From: Rebecca billardiae RCC1528 | Lineage: Eukaryota; Protista; Haptophyta | Reading direction: 5' to 3' | Length of the DNA: 64,000 bases | Assembly (NCBI GenBank): GCA_965240325.2 | Contig: OZ251223.1 | Location: 2,294,001-2,358,000, forward strand | Part shown: positions 32,545-43,290 of the stretch, one piece after another | Numbering within the stretch: position 1 is the stretch's first letter | How the letters are laid out: every line of letters starts with the position of its first letter | The notes under the pieces: model-generated | What the model was told of the DNA's origin: nothing | The model's database searches: none | Seen by the model: the letters and a program-made list of their open reading frames with translations, nothing else | Translations under genes and position numbers: made by a program

Positions 32545-33327
32545 CACGGCCAGCCAAATCTGTCTGCCAGTAGCTATGCAGTCGGCAGTCCGACGGCGGC
32601 ACGTTCCGCCAGTCTGGTGAGTCACTCGTGAGTGCAATCAGGCCCGAATCAGCTGACTACTAATTAGACTATGATTTAAAGACACAGGCACGAGGGCGCA
32701 GCTCTCCTGATTGGTCTGTCGTGGTACTGGTCGAAACTTGCAGCAGTGGCAGTGGTGTGAGCACGTTGATGTTGGTCGCCAGGGTGACTGCTCCGTGCAT
32801 CGGCCTCGGGCTCGGCATATCTCAGCTGTCCCGCCGCTCCACGGCGTGTGAGGAATCAAGCTGACGGTGAAAGTTGGCCGACATGATCATGCGTCGGTGC
32901 CGGGCGCCGACGCCCCGTACTCTAGCTGATATCATACCGTGACTGCGATTTACTCGTCAGAATCGATCGGCTGTATTACCGTGCGCAAAGTCGCTGGCTG
33001 CAATGCCGACTATGCAGCCCACGCCGACGGCGCGGTCCCAGCACGGAATGTGTCGCGTATGATCGCCGCCTAGGCCATCAGTATGTGCAGCGTGACTGTA
33101 CGTTGCTCGTGCGGTTCGCGCAGGGCACGTCGTCGTTCGTCACTCGTCAGTAGACCTTGGTGACTCGGTGAGATGGCGACGGCAGCCATCGTTCGACATG
33201 CCTCGAATCGTCGCTCGCGGCCGAAAAGTTCGTCAATTGCTCATCGCGTGTCCACGTTCGCGGGGGGGGCGCAGCCTGGGACGGCTGGGACCGCCGAATG
33301 CGGCCATCCGGCGGCCCGCCGCCGACC

Positions 33328-35433
33328 ATGCCGGCGCCGGCGCCCCGGCCCGACGAGGAGAGCGCTGGGTACGATCGTCCACTGCTTGTCGTCCGTGGCG
33401 CCGTCCCCAAGTCCGACTCGATGATCTCGCGCGGCTCGTCGATCATGTCGGATCATCTGCGCGAGGCGCGCGAGCACGAGGCAGCGAGGGGACACCGGCC
33501 GGGTGGGCTGAAGGCCTCGGTGTACACGCTCGTCTCGACGATGATGGGCGGAGGGGTGCTCAGCCTGGTGCGTACGCCTTGTCACGACTCTCGCCGATCC
33601 AGCGCGCGTCCACGCCCCCCAGGCCAACGCACTGAATCGTGCGGCCGCGGACGCGCCCGCATGCCCCGTCGTCGCCGCGCGCGCGCACAGCCTTACGCCG
33701 TGCAGGAGGCGGGGGTGGCGACGGGCGCGATCCTGCTGATCCTCGTGGGCCTGGCCTCGCGCCTGTCCCTCTGGCTCCTCGTCACCGCCGGCTGCTCCGT
33801 GCGCGCGCGCTCGTACGAGGACATGGTGAGCAAGACGCTCGGCGAGCGCGCGGCGCTGGGCGTGACCGTCATCCTCGCCGTGCTCACGTGGTTCGTGATC
33901 ATCGCGTACTCGATCCTGGTGGGCGACTTGGTCGGGCCTGTCCTCGGCTTCCTGCTCCCCGGGCTCGTGAGCGACGCCGCCATCGACGCGAAGGGCCCGC
34001 TCAGCCTGCGCACGGCCACGATGGCGAGCGCCCACCTGCTCGTCTTCCCGATCACGCGGCTGCCGTCGATGAGCTCGCTCGGCTTCACGTCAGCCATCTC
34101 GCTGACGACGACGGTGGTGCTCGCGGCGTTCATCAGCGCGCGCTCGATCGGCGCGATGATCAAGCGCGGCTACGTCTTCCCACCCGAGCCCGAGCTCCCC
34201 ACCGGGCCAGCCGGCAGCGCGGTGCGTGAGTGGTTGCGGGGCACAATGTCGAGTGCTTCGATCGTGAGCGTCTCCTTCCTGTGCCACTTCAACCTGCTGC
34301 CGCTCTCGGAGGAGCTGCGCCGGTGCGCGCGCGCGGAGTGGCGCGCGGGGGGGTCGGGGCGCGCGCCGAGCCAGTCGGGCCTGCGCGCGCGCGCACCTGC
34401 ACCACAGCAGCCTCGCGTGCTCTGCCACCGGGCGATCTCTCAGGCAGCCTCGGCGCACACTCTGTGGCGTCGATGGCGTTCGGCCGCCCGCACACTCCTG
34501 GGCGCTATCCTGGTGCGGCAGACTCTCCATGATGCCCCGCCTGGAAAGCGTCCGCACAGCCCCGCGCGCGCCGCACGCGCCAGCGGCCCCTGCGCCCGTG
34601 CGCGGCGGACCTCGGCCAACCGCGCGCCCGCCCGCGCCTCGCCTCCGCGGCACCGCAGCCCGACCAAGCGCCGCTTCCGCAAAGTGATCGACTGGACCAC
34701 GCTCGTGGCGGGTGCGCTCTACCTCTCCGTTGGCGTGCTCGGCAGCCTGCAGTTCCCGCGCGCGACGAGCGGCGGCGTGCGCGGGAACGTGCTGCTCAAC
34801 TACGGCAACCACGACGCGCTCATGTCGATCGGCCGCCTCGCGCTCTCGCTCACCGTCACGTCGGGCATCGCGCTGATGGTGCACCCGTGCCGCTCCGCCA
34901 TACGACGGCTCGTGCGCACCGCGAGCGGGGCGGAGCCGATACCCGCGGCGCCGGCGTCGCCGCCACCACCGGCCTCGCGGAAGAGGCCAGCGCAATCACC
35001 GATGGACCGTGTGGACACGGACACCGATGCCGACCTGGACGATGGCGACCAGGATGAGCCGCAGCCGCCGCTGCCGCCGCCGCCCGCCGCGTCCCCTGCG
35101 CGCGACACGCTCGAGGCCGCCCTGATCCAGGCATCTGGGCTCATCGTCGCCGTGTACATCCCGGAGATCACAATCATCTGGGCGTTCATGGGCTCCACCG
35201 TGTCCATGCTCATTGCGTTCGTCCTCCCTGCTGCGTGCTACCTGGCGCTCCGACGGTGGAAGCGGCAGTCGACGCTGCGGAAGCGCAGAGGCGCTTGGGT
35301 CCTGCTCGTCACAGGCAGCGTCCTCACAGTGGTGTGCACGATCTCCTCGATCTCGAGCTACGCGTCAGCAGCCGTGGCCGCCGCGAGCAGCAGTGATGAC
35401 GCGCTGGCTGACAGCGCCGACGCAGACCAATAA
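33328..35433 (+). CDS. Amino-acid transporter (AAAP/SLC38-like); introns 33568-33690 and 34323-34658
   Basis: SVYTLVSTMMGGGVLSL|PYAVQEAG, SYEDMV, SFLCHFNLLPL, GNVLLNY, GST..MLIAFVLPAACY. Confidence 0.92.
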   Translation: MPAPAPRPDEESAGYDRPLLVVRGAVPKSDSMISRGSSIMSDHLREAREHEAARGHRPGGLKASVYTLVSTMMGGGVLSLVRTPCHDSRRSSARPRPPGQRTESCGRGRARMPRRRRARAQPYAVQEAGVATGAILLILVGLASRLSLWLLVTAGCSVRARSYEDMVSKTLGERAALGVTVILAVLTWFVIIAYSILVGDLVGPVLGFLLPGLVSDAAIDAKGPLSLRTATMASAHLLVFPITRLPSMSSLGFTSAISLTTTVVLAAFISARSIGAMIKRGYVFPPEPELPTGPAGSAVREWLRGTMSSASIVSVSFLCHFNLLPLSEELRRCARAEWRAGGSGRAPSQSGLRARAPAPQQPRVLCHRAISQAASAHTLWRRWRSAARTLLGAILVRQTLHDAPPGKRPHSPARAARASGPCARARRTSANRAPARASPPRHRSPTKRRFRKVIDWTTLVAGALYLSVGVLGSLQFPRATSGGVRGNVLLNYGNHDALMSIGRLALSLTVTSGIALMVHPCRSAIRRLVRTASGAEPIPAAPASPPPPASRKRPAQSPMDRVDTDTDADLDDGDQDEPQPPLPPPPAASPARDTLEAALIQASGLIVAVYIPEITIIWAFMGSTVSMLIAFVLPAACYLALRRWKRQSTLRKRRGAWVLLVTGSVLTVVCTISSISSYASAAVAAASSSDDALADSADADQ

Positions 35434-35968
35434 CCCGCGCCCCGGCCGCCCGGTCCGCGGCGGTCGGGCGCCAGCGGCAGTTCGGCGCCGGAGGCAGGTC
35501 CTGGCTTGGGGCAGCCCGTGGCCGTGCCACGTCTGACGTGGGGTGCTGGCCAGCTGCGGCCGCGTGCGGCCTACTCAGACTCGCTGCTGGCGAGTAGGCG
35601 GTCGTAGCCTATACCAGCTGCATCGGTAGTGATGACAATAGCAGTACCTGCTGACATGTGCGCAGTAAAAAAGCCACGACTCGGTCTCGGAGATATATAT
35701 TATTCCGTGTAATTCCGCGACGCGTCATCATATCCGCCATCATGATCATCAGATTTCCGGCGGCGCCGCGGGCGCGGATCGATGAAACTTATACGGCCTC
35801 AAGATTATTTCTCGGCCGCTGTTATGACAGGCGCACGCCATTCTGATGTAGTCATAATGATGATGATTCCATTCCAAGTAACGCGAGTAGTGAGGTGATG
35901 CCATTGAATGGCGCCGCGGCAGCAGCTCCGGTCGCTGACGCACGCGGGACCTCGCGGATGTTCTGGCC

Positions 35969-37729
35969 TCAGCCGTGGCACCCGCCCTGACCCCTGCAGC
36001 ATTGGTCGTCTGTGTGGTGCCTCGCAGCTCGATCTGCGGCCTGCACGCGCTCCTGGATCGCCTCGCGGTCGTAGCCCTCGTCCCACAACTTGCGCTTGAA
36101 GTCGTCCGTCAGGATCTCAAGCGCCTCGCCCAGCTGCTTGAACTGCTCCTCGGCCACGCGCTTGGCCTCCTCGTCGCCCGCAGGCGCCTTGTCTGGGTGC
36201 AGCTCGAGCGCGCGCAGCTTGTACGCCTGCTTGATCTCGGGGGTGGAGGCGACGGTGGGCACCCTGAGCAGCGCGTACAGGTCGGGCCGACGCATCTTGC
36301 GCACCTCGAAGTTCGCCCGCTGGAACGCGTGGCTGATCTGCGCGTCGTGCCCGTACAGCTTCTGCAGCTCGCGCAGCCCGTCGAGCGCCTCCTCGTGCCG
36401 GCCGAGCGCGTGCAGCGCGGACGCGCGCGTGAGCGCCGCGGGCTTGCACTCGTTCTCCGAGCCGTACAGCGCCTTGGCGCAGTCGGCCAGGCACTTGTCA
36501 AACTCCTTCAGCCGCAGGTACGCCGCCGCGCGCTCAGCGAACAGCATCGCGTGCAGCGGCGCGCGCATCGGCGGGTCGGCGACGCTGATGGCCTCGCTCG
36601 TCAGCTGGACGGCCTGCGTGAAGTTGCGGTTGAACGCGGCGGACTTGGCGCCCTCGCTGGCGCGCTGCACCTTGCGCGCCTTCTTCGCCGCGCCCTGCGT
36701 CATCGAGTCGTCCGGGTCGAGCCGCAGCGCCTCGCTCAGGTGCTTCCACGCCTGCTCGAAGTCGCAGTTCAGATAGAACGCCTGGCCGCGCACCGTGAGA
36801 GCGCCCGCGTGCGTTGGCTGCTCCTTGATGATCGGCCGCGTGCGCCGGATGGCCTGGTCGCACAGGCCGAGGCCGAGCTCGGCGCGCGCGAGCCACAGCT
36901 GCACAGACGGCGCCGCCGTGCGCCCCATCATCGACGCGAAGATGTCCTTCGCGCGCTTGTACTCGCCCGCGTTGAACGCGTCGCGGCCCGCGCGCTCGGC
37001 CTCGACGAGTGCTTCGACCGTGCGCTCGAGCGCGCCTAGCTCCTCGTCCTTGAGCACGACGCTCTCGAGGTGGCGCGCGGCGTCCTCGAAGCGGCCGAGA
37101 GAGACGCACGCGTGCACGAAGAGCGCGTTCGCCGGCGGCAGGGACGCGTCGAGCTTGAGCGCCTGCCTCGCATCGCCGAGTGCCTGCGCGTGCTCGTGGC
37201 ACGCGGCCCACGCCCGGCCGCGCGCGGCGAGCGTCGACGCGTCGGACTGCGCAGCCAGCGCCTTGGAGTAGAGTGTGATCGCCTCCTTGTAGAGCTTCGA
37301 GTCGAACTTGTGGTCCGCCTGCTCGCGCAACCCGGCCGCGATCGAGCCGACGGAGCCCACGCGGTCCTTGCCGACGTGTGACTCCGAGTTGAGCAGGTGC
37401 GAGCTCACCTCGGAGTACTCGCCGCGCCACGAGCACATCGGCAGCGGGCAGCGCACGCGCACGCGGCCGAGCACGCGCCACGCCAGTGGCGATGCTTTGG
37501 CCAGCGGCTGCGGGCTCGTGTGCAGCCTGGCCGAGCACGTCGGGCACTTGTGATTCTGCTCCTGCTCGAGCGAGTGCGCGCCGATCCACTGCTCCACGCA
37601 GCCCGAGCAGAAGACGTGCGAGCACTCGGCGAGGACGGGCGACTCGACGAGCTGCGTGCAGATCACGCAGATGAACTCCTGGTAGTGGTTCTCGTCGGTG
37701 CCCTCGCACAGCTCGAGCGCGTAGCCCAT
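35969..37729 (-). CDS. RING finger + zinc finger + TPR repeats + J-domain protein (RING-DNAJC7-like fusion)
   Basis: C3HC4 RING CVIC..ECSHVFCSGC..CPTC and TRAF-type VRCP..CSWRG....HL. Multiple TPRs. J domain DLYALL...EIKQAYKLRALELHPDK..FKQLGEALEIL. Confidence 0.9.
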   Translation of the reverse strand: MGYALELCEGTDENHYQEFICVICTQLVESPVLAECSHVFCSGCVEQWIGAHSLEQEQNHKCPTCSARLHTSPQPLAKASPLAWRVLGRVRVRCPLPMCSWRGEYSEVSSHLLNSESHVGKDRVGSVGSIAAGLREQADHKFDSKLYKEAITLYSKALAAQSDASTLAARGRAWAACHEHAQALGDARQALKLDASLPPANALFVHACVSLGRFEDAARHLESVVLKDEELGALERTVEALVEAERAGRDAFNAGEYKRAKDIFASMMGRTAAPSVQLWLARAELGLGLCDQAIRRTRPIIKEQPTHAGALTVRGQAFYLNCDFEQAWKHLSEALRLDPDDSMTQGAAKKARKVQRASEGAKSAAFNRNFTQAVQLTSEAISVADPPMRAPLHAMLFAERAAAYLRLKEFDKCLADCAKALYGSENECKPAALTRASALHALGRHEEALDGLRELQKLYGHDAQISHAFQRANFEVRKMRRPDLYALLRVPTVASTPEIKQAYKLRALELHPDKAPAGDEEAKRVAEEQFKQLGEALEILTDDFKRKLWDEGYDREAIQERVQAADRAARHHTDDQCCRGQGGCHG

Positions 37730-38645
37730 CACACCGAACGCGTCCGCCGAGACTGCACGCCGGCACACGAGAAAGAGCGCCCCCACACGCTTTGCCCGCA
37801 CCCGCGTCTGGACGCGAATTCGGGCGTACAAGCAAAGGACCATCAAATGGTCCTTGGTACAAGTACTGTTGCCTGAGCTTGTGTGCGTCTCTTATTCTTA
37901 GTAAACTGTAACCTGCTTGCAGTGCTTGCTGCGCACGCGCGAGTTCGCAGTGCTTTCGCACCCCTCCCACGGGACCGATGAACGGGTGGCCCGCCGGCGC
38001 GGCTTTTCGTCCCTGTATTCTTGGGCCGACGGATAGCGCGGAGGTCGCGAGGGGCACATGCGCGGCACGGGAATGTCGCTGCTCACGAGCCTGTCTATGA
38101 TACTGTACACCAGATCTTCATTGCATCAGCACCGCCATCAACTCAACGCCGTCGGTAGTGGTAGGGTGCTGCCCGCCGGAGGCCGCAGTGTGTACCGCGG
38201 CAGACCGGCCCGTGCCCGGACGTGACTACCGGCGTGGCGTGTGGGTGGTGGCGGCGGCGGCGGTGGCACGGGGGCAGCTCGAAGAGCAGGGCGACTGTGC
38301 ATGTGACGGGACGCCCATCAGCTGCCTATCGCCACAAGGTCGGCAAGAAGGGACACTTCGACCGCTCGTCACTCGCGCGTCGTCATTGCACCGAAGCGGT
38401 CGGCACGATGGCGACGCAGAAAGCCAGACGAAACTGAGAATACTGCACGGTGCACAAGTACCCCCATACTGGCGCTGCTCACCACACTGGTAAGTACTTC
38501 GTCACAGTTATACTTACCCACTAACGTGTACCGCCCTTGACTCCACTATGGAAAGTGGTTGTGAGAGTTCGGGGCGGGCTTTTCCCAACCTACCCAACGA
38601 CGACGGAGCAAGCTCCGGCCAACATCCGCCCCGGCCGACCGCTGC

Positions 38646-39713
38646 ATGCCCGCAATTAGCGACGTCGACGTTGGCGCCCCCGCCGCGGGGGCGCCCGTCG
38701 CGAGGACGCATGTGGCTGCTGGCCATGATATCGACCTGGAAAAAGCTCTGTCTCCCATGTCTGATTCACCCGACGCCTGCATCGTCTGCCTGGAGGACTC
38801 GGAGGCGAGCGCAAGCAATCGCCTGCTGAGGCGGATATGCACGTGCCGGCAATCGGCCATCCACTACGAGTGCCTCGAGAAGCTGCTCAACTCGCGCGCA
38901 CGTCGACGCCTGCCGTTAGACGAGCGCATGCGATGCGCCGTCTGCCTCACCACCTATGACGTGCCTTTCGACGCTCTCTTGCTCTGCGAGTCCAAGCCTT
39001 CGCGCGACACAGCCAACACGCTGCTGCGGCGTCACATCCCAGCGATCCGCGCCGTGGCCCTGGTCGTCTGCTTCGCGTCCTTCATGGCCTTTGGCGTCCA
39101 GTTGCTGAGAGCTCAAGCAGGGGCACGGGTTGCCTACGTCATGGTCGTCGTCGCCGTCGTCGTAATTCTCGTCGCGCTGATTGTGAACGCGTGGAAGCCG
39201 AAGGAACAGCCGCCCCGCCTCTCGGACGAAGCGCTCAGGGGCATGGACGACGAGACCTTCTGGAGCGCGGTGGTCGTCCCAGAGCGTGGGTCTGGTGATC
39301 ACAATCCGATCAAGGCCGATCAGCAGCTGCCACTGCCAGAGGCTGCCCGTGCCAGAGTCATCGTGCACCTCGCGCCCGCGACGAGCTGGCCGCCCGCGGC
39401 AGAGCCCGAGAGCTCACCTGCTGCTGCCCCTACCGCCCGTGAGGGCACCGGCGGTGCGGTGAGCGCCTCGGCGCGCTCGTTGGGAGAGCAACGCGCGAGC
39501 TCCTCGTCGACAGCGGTGCCTGAGGGGCCGCTGGCTGCTGGGCCAGAGCGTGACACTGACTACAGCACTCACGAGCAAAGCAGTCCCATGGGCGGTCCTA
39601 AGACGGCGGTGCGACAGTGTCAGCGAGACTCGCGCACGGACTCGCCGCTCTCTTTGCGCTCAGTTGGGACCACCGCCTATCCCGCCGCCGCGGCCCCCGA
39701 CAAAGATTGTTAA
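38646..39713 (+). CDS. RINGv (MARCH-type) membrane E3 ubiquitin ligase
   Basis: C4HC3 pattern CIVC..CTC...IHYECL..RCAVC followed by two hydrophobic helices. Confidence 0.8.
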   Translation: MPAISDVDVGAPAAGAPVARTHVAAGHDIDLEKALSPMSDSPDACIVCLEDSEASASNRLLRRICTCRQSAIHYECLEKLLNSRARRRLPLDERMRCAVCLTTYDVPFDALLLCESKPSRDTANTLLRRHIPAIRAVALVVCFASFMAFGVQLLRAQAGARVAYVMVVVAVVVILVALIVNAWKPKEQPPRLSDEALRGMDDETFWSAVVVPERGSGDHNPIKADQQLPLPEAARARVIVHLAPATSWPPAAEPESSPAAAPTAREGTGGAVSASARSLGEQRASSSSTAVPEGPLAAGPERDTDYSTHEQSSPMGGPKTAVRQCQRDSRTDSPLSLRSVGTTAYPAAAAPDKDC

Positions 39714-40029
39714 TACGCGCGATTTATTGGCAATCGTCGCGTTAACTGTAGTCGCGGAAAGTCCGTGAGCCAGGTCGCCTAATGGCTCGGATAATCACTT
39801 CGGTCCGCTGTCCCGGCGGTGTCCGCGGCGGGTCAAGCATGCAGCATTAAGCAGCATTAATTAGTTTATTAGTATTATTAATGTGCTGGACTGCTGGCAC
39901 TACTGGGCCGTCCAGATTTCATATTCATACAGTTTACTAAGAATACTTATTATTACTATAAGAGACGCACACGTACAGCTTAGAGAGATCAGGCACTGGC
40001 TCTGAGATATCACTATATAGTTAGTGTGA

Positions 40030-40294
40030 ATGAACGAGCCGGGCGCGACTTTTTCGCCGATTACAATAATTAATATGATAATGATAGCTACAATGTCTCT
40101 GCTAAGTGCGAGACTCTCAAAAATAATTGAAACTCGCTCCGTCACCGCTAGCCCTGAGAATGGCCCCCGTCCCTTTTTTTCTTTGATCAAAGATCTTTTT
40201 GAAACGTGCCACGTGGTACTAGGGCCGCCCGCACTGCGGGCTCCATCCACGGCTGCGCGGCTCCGCCCTGCACCGCGCCCGGCGCCGGGCCATA
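40030..40294 (+). mobile_element. Right-end fragment of family A, abutting (TA)n at 40297-40356
   Basis: CTTTGATCAAAGATCTTTTTGAAACGT and CTCCGCCCTGCACCGCG..GGGCCATA are shared with 11660-11749 and 11808-11900. Confidence 0.75.
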
Positions 40295-40348
<54 letters not shown>

Positions 40349-40465
40349 ATATATACTATCAGTATTACTAATAAGTTGATCGGACTCCGCGAATCAGATG
40401 ATGCGTATAGCCAGTATTTAGCCTACTAACGAGTACTGATTCTAATTATAATATTTAAAATACGA

Positions 40466-43098
40466 CACAGTGCAGGATTGGAATTTTCCGTGACGCTTCG
40501 GACGGTCCGCAGCTCGAGTCAGCGAATCCGGTCTCGGCCGGACAGTGGAACTCGGGTGGAAGCCGCGACTTCGCGGCGGACGGAGCCTCAAACGAGCGGT
40601 GCCTCGGCTCGCGGCGCGATCTACTCGGCGAAGACCGACGAGGCTGCTCGCGGGCCCGACTATGCGTCGACGCGGGCTGGGGTCGTCTTCCGCGTGGCGC
40701 TGGGCAAGTTCCTCGCCGCCCTGACGGGTGCTCTCCTTTCGCCCTCACGGCGCGCGCGGTGCGTTTCGCGAGCTTCTTGCATGCGCCGCCCGCGGTTGCG
40801 CCCGAGCCTGATGCTTCAGTCGACACGGCAGGTGGCTCGCGCAGGGTGGGATTGTGTGCGGGTGCCGCTGGCGGTGCGTCTCACCCTCCTGAAATTGTGT
40901 GGGAGGCTGTGACATTGCACGCGTACACCCCGCCACGCCCGCGGCCCGCCCGCGCAAACGCCGCGCCGCGCAGTTGTCTTTGACCTCGAGCGAGCCTGAG
41001 GCGTGGAGGCGACCGACGGCGGGGTGCGACTTGCCCACCGACCCGAGCCGCATCACCCAGCGCAGCCTCGCCCGCGACGACGCTTCGCCTGGCTGCCACT
41101 GCTCAGCCGCGTGCAAGGCGGGCTGGGCGACGTCTTTGCCGAGCGCGGCTGCAGCGCAGCACGCGAGAGGCTGGAGCGCCATGACGCGGATGGCGGAGCG
41201 GGCTTTGGGCTGGCTGGCATGAGCCGCCAGGCTGTACCGTCCGCGCAGATCGCGCTCGGCCCGGCCGCAGCCCTCCTGAGCGCGCGCCTCAGAGCTGAGA
41301 CTGATCACGTGCACGCGCACAAGCCACACTGCCGTGGCTGTGTCGAGCAGCTGCGTATGCTCGAGGCGCGGCGCTCGCACGGGCCACGCGGGCGCAGCGG
41401 GTGCGCGCAGCTGGCGCACGCAGTGCCACGTCCTGCCGCGCCAGTTTGGCGGCCGTCCGCCCCCCCGAGCTCGAGTTCTGCGCGCTTTGCGACGGCGCGG
41501 CCGGCCGCGCCCATCTTCATGCTTGGGCACGCCAGCATGGCCGCCGCCGGGCCTGCTGCGCGCGCCGAAGCTGGAGGGCGGAGGAGGGCGCTGGGCTGCT
41601 CCTACGGCGTGCTGCAGCCCGGGCAGGCTTTTCCGCGGCGCGGCGAGGCCGTCGCGCCTGCTCGCCGCCGTCGAGTCGCCCGTGCTGAGTGACCGTCGGC
41701 CGCATGTGCTCGGCGGCACCGCAGGCAGGCGTCCCATACCAGTGTGCTCGAGCCGCTGCGCGCACCCAAGGCGAGCTGCTCGAGCGGGCTAGGTGGGCCC
41801 ACGGAGTGCGCGCAGCTGGCGCACGCAGCCCCGCGTCATGGGGTGTCGGTTTGACGGTCGCCAGCCCCCGTGGGCTCGAGCTCTGTGCGCTTCACCACGG
41901 AGGTGCCGACGGCGCCCCGCGGCGCGCAACGGCGTGGCAGCATGGCCGCCGCCGGCGCCGCCGCACATGCCGCCGCTTACGGGCAGTCGAGAGCTTGGGG
42001 CAGCACCTACGGCATGCTGCAGCTCGGGCGGGCTCTGCCAGCCTGCTGTGGCGTGATCGCGCATTTTCCAGACCGTCGACTCGCCCGCGCTGCATATTTG
42101 TTTGCTGCGCGTGCTCGACGGCGCCGCTGCTGCCGCTACGGCCGCGCGTTGCTGCGTCGCGAGCGAGCCCGATGCGAGCTGAACGGCGGCGTGCTCATCG
42201 CTGCTGGCGCAGATGGGCGCGTCATGGTGGCCACGCACGATGCTGAGTGCTCGCGCGTGCCAGACGAGGCGCGTGCTCGCGCTGTGGCTCAATGTCCGGC
42301 AGTGCGCGTGGCAGGCCGCAGCTGCTCGACAACAGAACCAGCGGGCAGTGATCGGGCTGCGCGCGCGCAGCTGATGGCGGCGAACGAGCGAGCCCGCACC
42401 GCCGCGCAAGGGCTGGGCGACTGGCGCCGAGGTGGCGCGCACGTCGTCCGCTGCCGTTGGCATCGCGGCGGACGCTTCAAGCTCGTTCGGCCGGCGTGTT
42501 TTCTCCGACGCCCACCTGCGAGCGCTGCCGGCACCGTGCTCGGGCGTCAGTATCGGTGGGCTCGAGCACGCGTGGTGAGGCGCTCGGAGCGGTCGACGGC
42601 CATGATCGGGCAGCGCACGGTGGGCGCAGGCCACGCGCACGCCAGCGCCCCGCGTGGCGTGGCTTCACGGGGCGCAGCCACCAGGAGACTGTGCTGCGAC
42701 GAGCTCGGGCGCGCTCGGGCGCCGCTGCTCTGCATTTTCCCGAAAAATCGGTTTTCGTGCCCTCGACCGGCGGTATGCCGCCGGGGTGGCCGCAGCTGCG
42801 CTCGGAGCAGCGCGCACGGGCACCGCCGTGTGCGCCCGCCCGCTTTCGCCGCCGCCGAGCTCGAGCACAGCGCTGCGCGGGGCTGCGTAATGCCAACGGC
42901 GCATGATTTTTTGCCCGCGCCGAGCGCGCGTCGGCGCGCGCAGCGCGCTCAGGTGTGGCCTGCTACCAAGGTCTGTGCCACGATTCGACGCGCCTGTGGT
43001 GCGCCGAATTTAGGCGCACCGCTTCAGAATTGTCCGATGATTCGACTAGTGGTGCGGACAACTTAAAACGTCACCCTGAGCAGTTTTCCGGCACTGTG
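40466..43098. mobile_element. CAC...GTG-terminated (CACTA/CMC-like) non-autonomous DNA transposon with a 2-bp GA TSD
   Basis: Both ends read CACAGTGC-nGGA-N12-GTGACG-N9-GTCCGCA inward. GA occurs at 40464-40465 and 43099-43100. No intact transposase was recognised. Confidence 0.7.
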
Positions 43099-43290
43099 GA
43101 TATCATTGCGTAGCTTATATTAGTTAGATGCCCGGATCGGCCGCGAGAATACTATGAGTCACGTCGCCAGCAGCAGTGGCATCATTGTCGAAGATTCAAG
43201 ATTGCCTCGTAGTCAGCAGACGACGATGTTGATTCGATGATAGTAGTATATGCATCATCATTTTTAGCGGCGGATGAATAGTTTCATGAG

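Noticed and set aside
40745-43066. Long Arg/Ala-rich ORFs (also antisense ORFs across the window, and those in 49642-51684 and 60401-62049)
   Set aside because: Expected from stop-codon scarcity at high GC; they lie within TEs or opposite real genes and have no domain signatures.
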